Shown here piece by piece: positions 51,201 to 59,421 of a DNA stretch of 64,000 bases. Source of the DNA: a virus (Duplodnaviria > Caudoviricetes). The translations under genes were made by a program, and so were the position numbers. The stretch is from IMG/VR virus record IMGVR_UViG_3300017763_003980; one strand, 5' to 3'. The notes under the pieces were generated by a model, which was not told the DNA's origin, searched no databases, and was given only the letters and a program-made list of their open reading frames with translations. How positions within the stretch are numbered: position 1 is the stretch's first letter; each line of letters starts with the position of its first letter.

Positions 51201-54200
51201 GCGTACAATCTTAAATACAATTAAGGATCAAATTTTTACAGGAAGATTAGCAGTTGAGTATAATGAATTATTTTTTGCAAGTTTGCGTTATGTTCTTGCA
51301 GAACAAATATCTGCAGATTGGTTATTCAAAACAAGTTTTGTAAAAGCAAAACATAACTTAGGACCGTTATATCAAGATAAAACTTTTAACAATAATAATC
51401 TTGCAAATTACGAATCATATATTAACGAAGTGAAACCGTACAAAACAAATGTTAGAGAGTTTGTAAGTAACTATAATAATATTGAGCCTACTAACACTAC
51501 TGTTAGTGATTTTGATTTACAACCTGAGTACGACAAATTAAGTAAGTCTATAGTTACTAGCAATGCTTCAGTTATTGACGGCAAAGTGGTAAGCCCTCCA
51601 GGAAGTTCAGCATCTTATCCTCGCAGACACTGGTTAGAAAATAACAGCTATAAAGTTACAGAAGTTGTTATAGCAGATTCAGGTTCAGGATATACATATC
51701 CTCCTACAATTAAATTTACTAGTAATTCAGGGTCAGGTGCAACAGCAAAAGCATACCTTGCTTACGGCAAAGTTAGCAAAATTGAAATTATTACAAAAGG
51801 TAATGATTATATTACATCGCCAACTGTAGTAATTGAAGGACCACAAACAAATGCAGGCACGCCAGCTAAAGCAACTGCTATATTAGGCGATGGTGTTGTA
51901 AGAAGCCCTAAAATTATAAGCAAATTTGACAGAGTATCAGGTACTGTTTATTATACAGCATTAAAAGAAGAATTTTATGCAACTGGTTCTGGAGATACAA
52001 CCATTTATAACTTAGAATGGCCTATGGATTTGTCAAGCACAAAGGTAAAAATTTCTATAGGAAAAACAAATGATACATTAATAGAACAGCTTAGAAGCAA
52101 GTACACATATAAAAATATTGTTGATACTTCAAAAACATATGCAAGACAACAAGGACAAGTTGTATTTTCTGAACCGCCAGCAGTAGGCGACATTATTAGA
52201 ATTGAATATTATAAACCTTTAAGTTTACTTACAGCTCAAGATAGAATTAATTTTGCCTATAATCCAACATCTGGCATGTTTGGAAAAGATCTATCTCAGC
52301 TTATGACAGGAATTGATTACGGCGGTGTACAAGTAAAAAGTTTCGAATTTGATCAGCCATCAGGATGGGACACAGAAGGCTGGTACACTGATAACTGGGA
52401 CACGTATGATAATACATATGAAGACCAAATCTTTACATCGGATGGATCTTCGACTGCTGTAATTTTAGATACTCCATTAGAAAATGGAATAATGTATAAC
52501 TTCTATAAAAATGGTGTTAGAATAGATGATCCAAACTATGATGCAAGTACAGAAATTACTAATCCTACAGCGATAACAAATTCTATAATTGGAGATGGTA
52601 CTACCCGATTACTTGATCTAGAAGAAATGGGTGTAAGACTGCTAGATAATGACATTTTTATTGTAAGAAAAACTACTAGTGACGGAAGTGTACTTCCTGA
52701 TGCTGATAGTTATGATACAGCGTTGTCAGGCGGCGATCTTGCATATAAAACTGCTACAGGAATTAAAGCAGAAGACATTATTGTAGATGGCGACGGATTT
52801 GTAACTCCTACTACAAGTGGAGGACCAGAAGAATTAGTTCCAGGACAAGTACTTGATACACTTGATATTAAGGTGTTTACTAGAGACAGTGACGGACAAG
52901 GACAAATATACAGTCAAAGTTTTATTATGACCAATAATACAACATATAATTTAGGAGTTATACCTAGAACTGCACCTGCTGTAATAGTAAAAGTTGCAAA
53001 TGTAATATTAGATAGCTCTCAATATACTATAGACTGGAATAATAATAACGTAACTCTTAATACAGCAACTCCTGGTGCTGAACTTAATATTATAGCAATG
53101 GCCCAAGGCGTACAAAAATTATTAGATTTTGGCCAAGGTGTTTCTACAGCTGGGCAATCAGACTATCTTACTACAGTTGATTGGCAAACAGGTGTAAGTG
53201 TTTTTGTGAGTGTCAATGGTGTAGCAACAGACGTAGAAATATTTAACAGTGAAGACAGTGGAGCACCTATAGCTAAAGTTGGCATAAGATTTAAAACTCC
53301 AAGAACTGTAAGTGGTGAAAAAATACATTATTCTGTGTTTAGTGATAAAACAAAAGTTAATTATAGTCAAGTTAGTAAAGATGAGTTTACCGCTGACGGT
53401 ACAACTAAAGCATACACACTGTCTACTACACCGTTTTATGCACAGCCTAATGAACATAATATAATTGTAAAAGTTGGAAATAGAATTTTAAATCCTGGAT
53501 ATAATATTCAACATACCGTCGAAGATAATAACAGAACATACAAAATTGAAACTTTCCAACAACCAGTTGGAGCAAATGCTGCATCAGACATGAGGGTATT
53601 TGTAAACGGAGTAGAAAAATTTACACCAAACGAATGGAGATTTGATATTGCCAATAGTGCTATTATTTTATCAGATGAAACTGGTGTAAATGGAGATACA
53701 GTAGAATTATTTGCTATCACAGACGGCGAATATAGAGTAACTGGCAATGTAGTTACTTTAGATGCTACACCTAATGATCAAGATAAAATAGAAATTATGC
53801 AATTTTCAAACCACGATTTGCTAGGTATAGAGAGAATAAATTATGATGTTGTAAATAGAACTTTGTTATTATCAGAAGAAATACAGCAGCAAACAAAATA
53901 TAATAGATTAACAGTTGGTGAAATTCCGTTACGTAAACAGATTGTTGATGCACAGTATGCATGGGTAAGTGTAAATGGCGAACTACTTACTCCTAGTGTA
54001 GATTATTATGTAACAGATGATAGAATGAAAATACAACTAGTAAAACGCCCAGCAAAAAATGATGTTATAGACATAATTCATTTTAGTCAAAATATAAGTA
54101 CTAAAAAGTTTGCATATAGACAATTTAAAGACATGCTTAACAGAACACACTTTAAGCGACTGGATAAAGAGGCATCTATATTACGTTATCCGCTAACAAG

Positions 54201-54810
54201 TCATGATTTAACCATAACACTCCAAAGCGGTACCGGAGACAACTTATCAGAACCAAGTAAAGGTCAGAATTTGCCAGGCATTATTTTTATAAATGGTGAA
54301 CGTATTGAATATTTTACTAAAAAAGATGATATTTTAGGACAGCTACGTAGAGGTACATTAGGTACAGGAGTTAAAGATATACATGAAGTTGGTTCAAAAG
54401 TTTATGACCAAAATATAAGCAAAACAATACCGTACAAAGATATGACAAGAAGTCAAAATTTCACAGGAGATGGCGTTGCTACAGAATTTACACTTGATTT
54501 AGATGCATTAACCTACAATGAATTTGAAGTTTTTGTAGCTGGTAAGAGATTAAGGAAAGTAAATTTAGAATCCTTCCAGCGTGTAAATGCACTTGATAGT
54601 CCAGAAGGTGATATTACACTACCGCCAGAGTTTAGGTATGATAGAGAAACACAAGTTTTAACGCTAGCTGAACCTCCGTTAGACAAAACTAATGTTACAG
54701 TAGTACAAAAAACAGGACAAATATGGACAAATATAGGTCAACCATTAGGAGAAGCTGAAAATTCAATAGCACGATTCTTACGAGCAGGAAGTTCGGCGCT
54801 ACCAGAATAA
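39289..54810 (+). CDS. Giant multi-domain baseplate/virion protein (5173 aa)
   Basis: Uninterrupted 15.5-kb ORF coupled to gp6; FG-GAP/propeller-like FGxSIxIS repeats, CBM-like W..Y...D.V.Y units, ITDSGRGY..P Ig-like units. Confidence 0.8.
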   Translation: MAYDDNQNESPLPADGKVKKISTDFLPKFFRTEANRKFLQGTLDQLITPGVAEKVSGYIGRNTAKAFTPTDNYIGDISNDRTNYQLEPATVIKDNFDNVTFYKDYNDYVNQLGVFGSNNKNHSRLNNQETYAWNPNIDYDKFVNFREYYWLPNGPTTVPVRGQSKEIVSTYTVTTSDQTDNIAYVFNDGLTVNPTIKLYKGQTYRFEIDTPGHPIAFSISRTFTPGTAVLTAGSEGLRADGQFDGQLYGNNYDQGEYIVLPSSGSVTFDADENVSTLYPDGITKYGEEGEVLSVVYVEKGTIEFTVPLNAPDRLYYVSKNAIDTSGLIRIYDIEENSAINIDEEVLGKKTYKSANGVEFTNGMKVTFQGEVTPAKYATNLWYIEGVGDKISLIRDKDLIIPAAYTEDKLIPFDTDKFDELPFADSKAYAETKDYITINRASKDRNPWSRYNCWYHKEVVLASEKYNSLPETLDETTRAKRPIIEFEAGLKLNNAGVFAKDDVDLVDNFTKDVFSTIEGTAGYNIDGIDLADGMRVLFTADTDVLVNGKIYKVKFITIDNIRQISLIETSDTTPQDLECVLVTQGDSFAGTSFYYKTNKWVQAQQKTKTNQQPLFEVFDANKNSFSDETFYNSTTFPGTKIFSYKQGSGTPDVELGFPLSYRAINNSGDIVFNFCLLSDTFTYQDDTELYTQRIDTGYLKKYKNLTSFEYVNGFSKIPTSSKQLVINQYNVTDLENNNFSVEAYRKSGDLNDLKVIVYVDNILKLKSVDYEIDRINGVAIVRFYKDLLDGQFVKIKTDSNAEKDIGYYEFPYNLERNPLNDDITEFTLGEVIDHVDTMIEDIPTFKGVYPGRSNLRDSGETDHFGKRFVKHSGPINIANYHITNKNFNIIKALRHSKNEYSRFKRSFLEKAVTLGFDGPVKKHFDRILQDLNKDRVKTESFYFSDMLAYGDANRLEYTVLDSDTEIYPMTSAFTLGTLSEKSVNVYLNGIQLTHGKDYTFNSDGYAVITATKFVNDIIEIYEYENTDGSFIPATPTKSGLYPKYYPELIIDDSFVQEGTLETGPFKLYGRTEQTTKSYKGKVGWFYPLYTSKEEAIAADSDSSADTGTAHMHVFEGLSQVFWMPDTQMNHATVDDLSLEEYPRGVAMIRGHDGSYVKAYKDFRDELLLELERRIFNNIKVEYDINRLDINEFLGGEYRKSEFTRHEVNSTLLSDFIQWTRGIDKDYTVNDFYNINNSFTFNFSSAKTPLGNDVPGFWRGAYLHAYGTDRPNATPWEMLGFTMKPSWWDTTYGPAPYSGDNLVLWRDLEEGRIKEPGKAEVVNGKYARPGLTNHIPVDSQGRLKSLTKSNFAQGFLTRQGSNGFKFGDVAPVESAWRRSAEYPFAVLSAYLLNKPAKVMGLGFDVSRTKKNLANQWVYAETNKPIKLSSVKMPNTYNDEVRTLTCGLVNYIYNLVSSDILTLYSEYKSDLAVLTNQIGFKVGGFTDKTKFNLILDSRSPTQQVDRDGIFVPQESFKVFTNTSSPLTMAIYSGIAIEKAANGYIVRGYNNTVTHFEYYAPIIGTSKVNVSVGGISETTADFKANTFYAKGTIIQEERDFYRVTEDFTSGESFTTENVARLSELPEVGGRTAEFKRDFDKSQILKLNYGTRLATIQEVVDFILGYNDRLKDLGFDFNEFNSNTETVSNWSESCKEFMFWTTQGWASGTLIVLSPSANQVSFTRSFSVVDNLNDPFYDYSIFKADGQPLDTDFISYNRDGNSFVLETDDTDDGVYHTALPLVQKEHVVLLENKTSFSDIIYEPKSGYRQDRLKVSGYKTDEWNGGLNLPGFLYDEATITNWTQWKDYKIGEIVKYKQFYYVATVNISGTKSFEAKSWYQLSEKPEPELIANLDYKAGQFADFYDLDSDGFDKEQQKLAQHLVGYQKRQYLANIINDDISQYKFYRGYIADKGTMNSLTKLFESLATTNTETALDFYEEWAIQTGRYGATESEKEIRINLKQDSYTEAPQSFELINTLPDTNFENIYRILPNEMFDKPFDYTHEPFPTKFIPSKDEVIKTGGNVNEDDVDFLAGSIAELSLGDVNAAGHGDYIWVIETGKGTWNVYQVVPANVNVISARVRNDSLSTDGMRLIELTTDRYVDIRSDNKAPLLLQSDIIGIKDADEFKLSGMYAIEQDGIELNKITIKADITSNVTDFLEQSFPLVKLRTVRVPTLDFLTRQRYNFLTKQRIWVDNLDGDWAVLENNPVFRNEQTIQNPTEWDSTSQKFGSNFTVTNDNNNLFVTASGDSNGKVHYYRRTNEKNNFSLDATIQINSDDNLLNGSASKLGESISISSDGEYLVAGMPEATGVKTKFKGDFDKSITYTKGDIIKYRESLWKANREILPEIAQQPFTTFDSYVNLASVADGDSTTLQLLVAGDPGLANNMVDHILVRAPKDMYLGTSPGDIVNLYWNTRSYAFPTLDSYTPFNSQIPEITATFISQSHPIIHKVDHVLKIDTFVTLPSVGQTVTTNTGSGTVVYVGTRDQSAVIYIGDVNGIFSISGELFINEESFVGFYNYTDTANTNSSVDGFWYLNTGFSYSNNSVYYDTGRGLVYADVRLQTSSRPLNVYSNIQKSVGYIGAYVNLKDRASYITHLSYRGDPGGVEADQLSNKFVVRGAKEYTDVLNVGDQTEFRLYNLDNRIIDVESAGFSFDIFNKNQTVVDLWDGYIDFTFDEFDFSGNVFEPQVGDIISDVQFPNDGQGGLAITTSTTSTAEVMFYRRNFNSVRVYVKALSGDWGQLANIGKYSIQRNANASLRGDADVDRLMGTVSNVLNDIAVGTTTVGKLIVFEHSSNFPVVSNPEIVDEEYWFFNENTEQGISRLPNPPYSLNKDYRQVYNIPAESAGTAGPDNEGAVAIYRRTSDGNYTRLLVLVSEHRKANRGFGKKVKIVQKGDYYTLAISSEGLGTREDPGSIEFFRHGVRATDSFIGPYRPTEVYAIGDIVLFNDEYYKCIQVIATTISNISNPDVWENISWKSGKDQNYRGVWDNTYSYAKDSVVNYNNTLYSAKTNLAEGVAWSLDKWEAVSTKLDYTGVLPNTTANAFYGEDTFDPIQNITQFSQDFDISADGDVLITTSKQELTDSTRDIAVLVYREIDDKFLLDQTITEETTVDGFADKVSLHPAGRKIAVSRQLDDRSAIDQGSVLVYTQNSDGKFGTVVDSVKGITTPNQTLRPSQDEVSEKFGYAIDYSTDHLLISSLNGDQVIPTRFDTYEETLPANSPSDPSGLGSKYVLDMNSASKDFETTFDKEFTTFKNQKMDKGVVYVYETLGPNEVESEKFVYPLTQTTFGEKILAVGNHVYIGMPQQFGDDSTSPLVADTRGAVVDFRKNNNSKAWDKIRSSVVPADVEKIKGSFLYNKRNQQIITYVDFIDPVQGKVAGIAEAEIDFKTTYDPAFYNTGELADNNVDPNQHWAEKYVGKVWWNIGNARFAHSYQGTTNFQKNNWGKQLGDSIITVYEWVESPFLPETWDGLADTDAGLKRGISGVSLHGNTKYTTRLIYDSISKQFNSLYYFWVENKRTIPINKHRNLSIKQIASLIGDPQTQKYRYLSLFSKNKFMLVNCNDLITSDDVVLVIKYTNDSTAKQRQNTHSQYQILSKGLDTSVVNADIENKWFDSLIGFDKQKRPVPDMTIPVAGRYGVQNKPRQGMFVNKAEALKQFIERVNIVCKANLLTDEYDLSKLSLKEPLPTLISGEYDTKISNYSEIGFVSTSKVRPAKLTPVIQNGKIISVTITDSGRGYKTVPPLKLSGSGKNAEFKITIDTAGQISNVEVINQGSGYDQNTLIIVRRYTVLVEADSTVFNKWSLYSWNEVENNWFRRSIQDYDVTQFWNYIDWYATGYNQFTEIDDIIEGSYLLTSLENQVGSVVKINSIGAGGWLLLEKIADEDTEDYTVNYKTIGRQNGTVQFSDKLYDYAKNTVGFDNRSFDSYFYDSIPITELRTILNTIKDQIFTGRLAVEYNELFFASLRYVLAEQISADWLFKTSFVKAKHNLGPLYQDKTFNNNNLANYESYINEVKPYKTNVREFVSNYNNIEPTNTTVSDFDLQPEYDKLSKSIVTSNASVIDGKVVSPPGSSASYPRRHWLENNSYKVTEVVIADSGSGYTYPPTIKFTSNSGSGATAKAYLAYGKVSKIEIITKGNDYITSPTVVIEGPQTNAGTPAKATAILGDGVVRSPKIISKFDRVSGTVYYTALKEEFYATGSGDTTIYNLEWPMDLSSTKVKISIGKTNDTLIEQLRSKYTYKNIVDTSKTYARQQGQVVFSEPPAVGDIIRIEYYKPLSLLTAQDRINFAYNPTSGMFGKDLSQLMTGIDYGGVQVKSFEFDQPSGWDTEGWYTDNWDTYDNTYEDQIFTSDGSSTAVILDTPLENGIMYNFYKNGVRIDDPNYDASTEITNPTAITNSIIGDGTTRLLDLEEMGVRLLDNDIFIVRKTTSDGSVLPDADSYDTALSGGDLAYKTATGIKAEDIIVDGDGFVTPTTSGGPEELVPGQVLDTLDIKVFTRDSDGQGQIYSQSFIMTNNTTYNLGVIPRTAPAVIVKVANVILDSSQYTIDWNNNNVTLNTATPGAELNIIAMAQGVQKLLDFGQGVSTAGQSDYLTTVDWQTGVSVFVSVNGVATDVEIFNSEDSGAPIAKVGIRFKTPRTVSGEKIHYSVFSDKTKVNYSQVSKDEFTADGTTKAYTLSTTPFYAQPNEHNIIVKVGNRILNPGYNIQHTVEDNNRTYKIETFQQPVGANAASDMRVFVNGVEKFTPNEWRFDIANSAIILSDETGVNGDTVELFAITDGEYRVTGNVVTLDATPNDQDKIEIMQFSNHDLLGIERINYDVVNRTLLLSEEIQQQTKYNRLTVGEIPLRKQIVDAQYAWVSVNGELLTPSVDYYVTDDRMKIQLVKRPAKNDVIDIIHFSQNISTKKFAYRQFKDMLNRTHFKRLDKEASILRYPLTSHDLTITLQSGTGDNLSEPSKGQNLPGIIFINGERIEYFTKKDDILGQLRRGTLGTGVKDIHEVGSKVYDQNISKTIPYKDMTRSQNFTGDGVATEFTLDLDALTYNEFEVFVAGKRLRKVNLESFQRVNALDSPEGDITLPPEFRYDRETQVLTLAEPPLDKTNVTVVQKTGQIWTNIGQPLGEAENSIARFLRAGSSALPE

Positions 54811-54829
54811 ATACAGTATAGGAAATACA

Positions 54830-55432
54830 ATGAGTGAAAATATGCAAGATAAAAACGGAGTAATGGTTCAGGGACATATCAAAATTTTTGATCCTGATTC
54901 TAAAGAAATATACGTTGAAAAGCGAAATGCAATTCATTATGAAAATATGAGTATTGCATTAGCTGAAAGTTTAAGCAATGCAGGCGCAGGATTTGTTTAC
55001 GAAATGAGCTTTGGAAACGGTGGTACTTCTGTAGATCCTACAGGGATTATTACATATCTAACTCCAAATAGCACAGGCACAAATGCAAGTTTGTACAATC
55101 AAACTTATACCAAAGTAGTAGATGAGAAAAGTGTTAATAACACTGATTCTGCTAGAAACAAAACTGAAGTAAGACACGTAAGCGGAACAAATTATACTGA
55201 CATTTTAGTATCCTGCTTGTTAGATTACGGAGAACCAAGTGGGCAAGACGCATTTGATAATGCTTCAGATCTAGATAATCAATATGTATTTGATGAGTTA
55301 GGCTTGAGAAGTTATAGTCCTACTGGTTCTGGTAGGCTTATTACTCATGTAATTTTCCACCCAGTTCAAAAATCATTAAACAGACTAATACAAATTGACT
55401 ATACTGTACGTGTACAGAGTTTAGCGGGTTAA
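54830..55432 (+). CDS. Virion structural protein (200 aa), probable baseplate component
   Basis: KRNAIHYEN...FDELGL...LITHVIFHPVQKSLNRLIQIDYTVR pattern; late promoter upstream. Confidence 0.6.
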   Translation: MSENMQDKNGVMVQGHIKIFDPDSKEIYVEKRNAIHYENMSIALAESLSNAGAGFVYEMSFGNGGTSVDPTGIITYLTPNSTGTNASLYNQTYTKVVDEKSVNNTDSARNKTEVRHVSGTNYTDILVSCLLDYGEPSGQDAFDNASDLDNQYVFDELGLRSYSPTGSGRLITHVIFHPVQKSLNRLIQIDYTVRVQSLAG

Positions 55433-55443
55433 GGGGATAATAA

Positions 55444-57504
55444 ATGGCATATGCAATTAGTTACACTGACTCCGTAAACAAGGGAACTATTACGGTATCT
55501 GATAATACTTTAAACACAGAAACAACTTTAAGTTTGCCCGGCAGGTTTACAACAGCATATGGTCAAGCAATAAGTGAAAATTTCTTACACTTACTAGAAA
55601 ATTTTGCTAGTGCTACAGCTCCTTTGAGGCCAGTAGAAGGCCAGCTATGGTATGATAATACTACATCCGTAGATCAGCTTAAAATTTATGATGGTACACA
55701 GTGGCAATCAGCCGCTGGATTGAAAAAAGCTACTTCTGAGCCGTCTGTATCAACTAGTAGTGCAGGGGACTTGTGGGTAAATACAGGATCACAACAGTTA
55801 TATTTGTTTACAGGATCTACTTGGGTACTAGTTGGTCCAGAATTTACAGATGGATTGCTTACAGGCACACTGACAGAAAGCATAATTGGGTCAGATAATG
55901 TTACATATCCTGTATTGTCTATTAAAATTAAAGATAAAACTGCTTTTATAATAACTGATAGTGCATTTACACCCAAAACAGTTATTGATGGATTTGCTAC
56001 TGGATTAAAAGCAGGAATGAATGTTAGTTCGTCAGCTTTTCCAGGAGGCGCACTAAAATACTTTGGTACGTCAGAAAAAGCTGAAGCATTAGTTGTTGGG
56101 AACACTACAATACCAGCTGCAAATTTTGTTAGAACTGATCAAACGTCAACAACAAATTTTGATCTTCAAGTAAAAAATAATGATGGAGTTGTAATTGGTA
56201 CTGGAGGACAACTATCATTACAAGTAGATGGTGAACAAGGTGTTATACAGCATAACACAAGTGGATCGAATATAGATTTTAGATTACGTAATGGAACTGA
56301 AACTCCAACTGTAATGCGTATTGATGCTAGTAGTAGAGTAGGCATTAACACAAATGCTCCAGAACAAGAATTAGATGTTTCAGGAAACATAAAAGTTTCT
56401 CCTAAGTCTGGTGCTGCTGGATCAGGTGTATTACAAATTACAAGTACAGTAGATTCCTCAAGTATTAGTACAGGATCGTTAACAACCACCGGAGGCATAG
56501 GAGTTGCATTAAATGCCTGGATCGGAGGCAACGTTGATGTTGGCGGAATACTACAGTCAGGAAATATTGCTCCTGATACTAATGGAACACGAAACATAGG
56601 TACATTGAATAATAAGTATAACGGAATTTATGCAAATACTTTCTTTGGTAATCTACAAGGCAACGTAACAGGAACAGTAAGTGGAAGAGCTGGTTCTGCA
56701 GACAAGTTAGCAAGTGCAACAACGTTTTCTGTGACAGGAGATGTATCAGCTGCAAGCTTTGAATTTGATGGTCAAACAGGCGGCAGCACTAAAACTTTCA
56801 ACATGTCTGTTTCAAATACATTTATATCTAATAAAACTGTAACATATGCAGCCGATAATTCAGATGAATTATTAATTAATAGACCGACCGGCGAAACTGG
56901 CGTATATAGAATTACAAAAAATAATTTTTTAAAGTCAGTACCTCTTACTCCTGTAGGTACAATGGTAATGTTCGGCGGAACAACTGCACCTCCGGGATGG
57001 TTATTTTGTGATGGGTCAGAAGTTAGAAAATCTGACTATAATGATTTATGGTTATCTATAGGATTTAACTTTAAAGACGCTTCATTAGTTAGTGACGCAG
57101 GAGTTAACTTTTTTGCAGTACCAGATATGAGAGGAAGATTTCCATTAGGATTAGATGCAATGGGAGGCTCAAGTGCTAACAGAGTTACAGATGTTGCTGC
57201 AGATAGCATCGGCGGTACAGGCGGTACACAAAACACATTACTAGGAGTTGAAAACTTACCAGAACATGAACATGATATGGAAGGCGATAGTGGTACACAG
57301 TATTATGCTACTAGGGTAGGATCAGGCACTCCTACAGATACAGGAGCTATTCAGCTATCAATCACCTCGGGCACACAGGGTACACAAGGTTTAGCTTCAA
57401 GTGGTGGTATTAAAACTTCAACATCTTTGGGAACGCCAATGAATACTATTGATCCGTACTTAGCTGTGAATTATATTATATACAGTGGAGTAACAAATAC
57501 ATGA
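55444..57504 (+). CDS. Baseplate/tail fibre protein with phage tail-collar domain
   Basis: PVGTMVMFGGTTAPPGWLFCDG...VPDMRGRFPLG collar motif; C-terminal PYLAVNYII. Confidence 0.8.
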   Translation: MAYAISYTDSVNKGTITVSDNTLNTETTLSLPGRFTTAYGQAISENFLHLLENFASATAPLRPVEGQLWYDNTTSVDQLKIYDGTQWQSAAGLKKATSEPSVSTSSAGDLWVNTGSQQLYLFTGSTWVLVGPEFTDGLLTGTLTESIIGSDNVTYPVLSIKIKDKTAFIITDSAFTPKTVIDGFATGLKAGMNVSSSAFPGGALKYFGTSEKAEALVVGNTTIPAANFVRTDQTSTTNFDLQVKNNDGVVIGTGGQLSLQVDGEQGVIQHNTSGSNIDFRLRNGTETPTVMRIDASSRVGINTNAPEQELDVSGNIKVSPKSGAAGSGVLQITSTVDSSSISTGSLTTTGGIGVALNAWIGGNVDVGGILQSGNIAPDTNGTRNIGTLNNKYNGIYANTFFGNLQGNVTGTVSGRAGSADKLASATTFSVTGDVSAASFEFDGQTGGSTKTFNMSVSNTFISNKTVTYAADNSDELLINRPTGETGVYRITKNNFLKSVPLTPVGTMVMFGGTTAPPGWLFCDGSEVRKSDYNDLWLSIGFNFKDASLVSDAGVNFFAVPDMRGRFPLGLDAMGGSSANRVTDVAADSIGGTGGTQNTLLGVENLPEHEHDMEGDSGTQYYATRVGSGTPTDTGAIQLSITSGTQGTQGLASSGGIKTSTSLGTPMNTIDPYLAVNYIIYSGVTNT

Positions 57505-59366
57505 GCTATCAATTAAACAAAACTGACGGAACACTTTTAGCATCATTAATAGATGGGCAAATAGATACAGCTAGTACAAATTTAACATTTGTCGGTAAAA
57601 ACTATACAGGATACGGGGAAGCATTTAACGAAAACTTTATTAAATTACTAGAAAATTTTAGTAATAGTTCCGCGCCAAGCACTCCACTTACTGGCCAAGT
57701 ATGGTGGGATTCATCTGCAGGAAGACTCAAAGTATATGACGGAACAGTATGGAAAGCAAGCGGCGGTCCGTTTGTACAAAGTACAGTACCAAGTATGGTT
57801 GCTGGAGATTTATGGATAAACAATCTTACAAATCAAGTTTATGCATTTGACGGTACTGATACAATATTAATAGGGCCACAATATTCTGTAGCACAGAAAA
57901 AAAGCGGGTTTGAAATAGGAACAATAATAGATAATACAAGTAAATCTCAAACAATAGCACATCTATATGTAGGAGGAATACTTAAAGCAGTAGTAAGTGA
58001 TCTAGAATTTACTCCAGCATATGAACAAAGAATTTTAGAATTAGTTACAGATGCAAATCCTACTGGTATTATATATCAAGGTTTTAATATAATAGATGTT
58101 GATGGATTTCGTTGGAGAGGTGTTGCAAATAGTGCTGCAGGTTTAACAGATGCTCTAGGGCAAACTAGAACTGCTGAACAATTTTTAGCATCTAATGCTA
58201 ACGATGTTACAACTGGAGCATTAACAATTCAAAACTCTGGTGGTTTAACAATTGGATTGTCGCAAAATAATGTACAAAAGGTTATTGGCGATAGATTTTA
58301 TATAGAAAATCAGTTGTTAAATCATGATTTAAGTTTACGTGTGCGTTCAAGCGAATTTAACTCCCTTATTGTTGATGCTGTGTATGTTGATGCAAGTGCA
58401 TCTAGAGTTGGAATATTTACAACTAGCAGATTGCCAGCTTATACTTTAGACGTTGAAGGCGATATAAGGGCTACAGGAAATTTAATTGTACAAGGTACTA
58501 CAACTACTTTAGATACTGTAACACTTAGAGTAGAAGATAAAAATATAGAATTAGGATATCAATCAGATAGCACAGGCGGAGACGATGTTGGTGCGGACGG
58601 TGGCGGAGTTACATTACTGTCAACAGATTCCAACAAAGAAATAAAATGGCTTAATTCAACAGACTCTTGGACATTTAATAAAAATATAGATTTATCAAAT
58701 ACTTCTACAGAAATCAAAATAGGAGGACAAACTAAATTAACAAATACCAGTTTGTCAAACATTTTATATGCAGACGAATTAACAAGAGTAGGTACATTAG
58801 TAAGTTTACAAGTTGATTCGATTAATATGGACGGTAATACTATTGCAAATAGTGTAAGTGCTATTAATATTACTGCAAACGGGGGAATTAATCTTACACC
58901 TGGAGGTGATATAGCAATTTCAGGTAATCATAAGATTACCGGTCTAAAAGATCCTACAGCGTCACAAGATGCTGCAACTAAAATGTATACAGATGTAGAA
59001 ATTGCAAACGAAGTTATTGTAATGGGCTTTGATATTACAGGATTAGGTTCAGGTTCAGCACTACAAGCGGCAGTAGCAGGTTACTTAAATGATTTATATC
59101 CTGCTACAGCTATTAATAATGGTAAGCAAGCAAAACTGCATTGTACGTCATATGCTAATGCAACAGCTAGTGGAATTGACGTAGATTCTGCAAAAACTAT
59201 TTCATATATTGCTGTTGATGCTAATGGTACACAGAATGAGTCTGTAGTACAGGATATTGTGTTTGCGGGTGCTAGTGGTAACGTTGCACTTACAGCTACA
59301 CGTAGTTTAATGAGATATCAATCAAATGGATCAGGATGGGAATGGCAAGCAACTACAGCATACTAA
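57501..59366 (+). CDS. Baseplate/fibre protein, paralogue of flanking genes
   Basis: Shared N-terminus GKNY.GYGE..NENF..LLENFS...P..P..GQ.W.D. Confidence 0.75.
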   Translation: MSYQLNKTDGTLLASLIDGQIDTASTNLTFVGKNYTGYGEAFNENFIKLLENFSNSSAPSTPLTGQVWWDSSAGRLKVYDGTVWKASGGPFVQSTVPSMVAGDLWINNLTNQVYAFDGTDTILIGPQYSVAQKKSGFEIGTIIDNTSKSQTIAHLYVGGILKAVVSDLEFTPAYEQRILELVTDANPTGIIYQGFNIIDVDGFRWRGVANSAAGLTDALGQTRTAEQFLASNANDVTTGALTIQNSGGLTIGLSQNNVQKVIGDRFYIENQLLNHDLSLRVRSSEFNSLIVDAVYVDASASRVGIFTTSRLPAYTLDVEGDIRATGNLIVQGTTTTLDTVTLRVEDKNIELGYQSDSTGGDDVGADGGGVTLLSTDSNKEIKWLNSTDSWTFNKNIDLSNTSTEIKIGGQTKLTNTSLSNILYADELTRVGTLVSLQVDSINMDGNTIANSVSAINITANGGINLTPGGDIAISGNHKITGLKDPTASQDAATKMYTDVEIANEVIVMGFDITGLGSGSALQAAVAGYLNDLYPATAINNGKQAKLHCTSYANATASGIDVDSAKTISYIAVDANGTQNESVVQDIVFAGASGNVALTATRSLMRYQSNGSGWEWQATTAY

Positions 59367-59421
59367 AACAAGTTTGCGAAACGATAAATAACATAAGTAA
59401 GTACTATTAGGGGTTACATAA

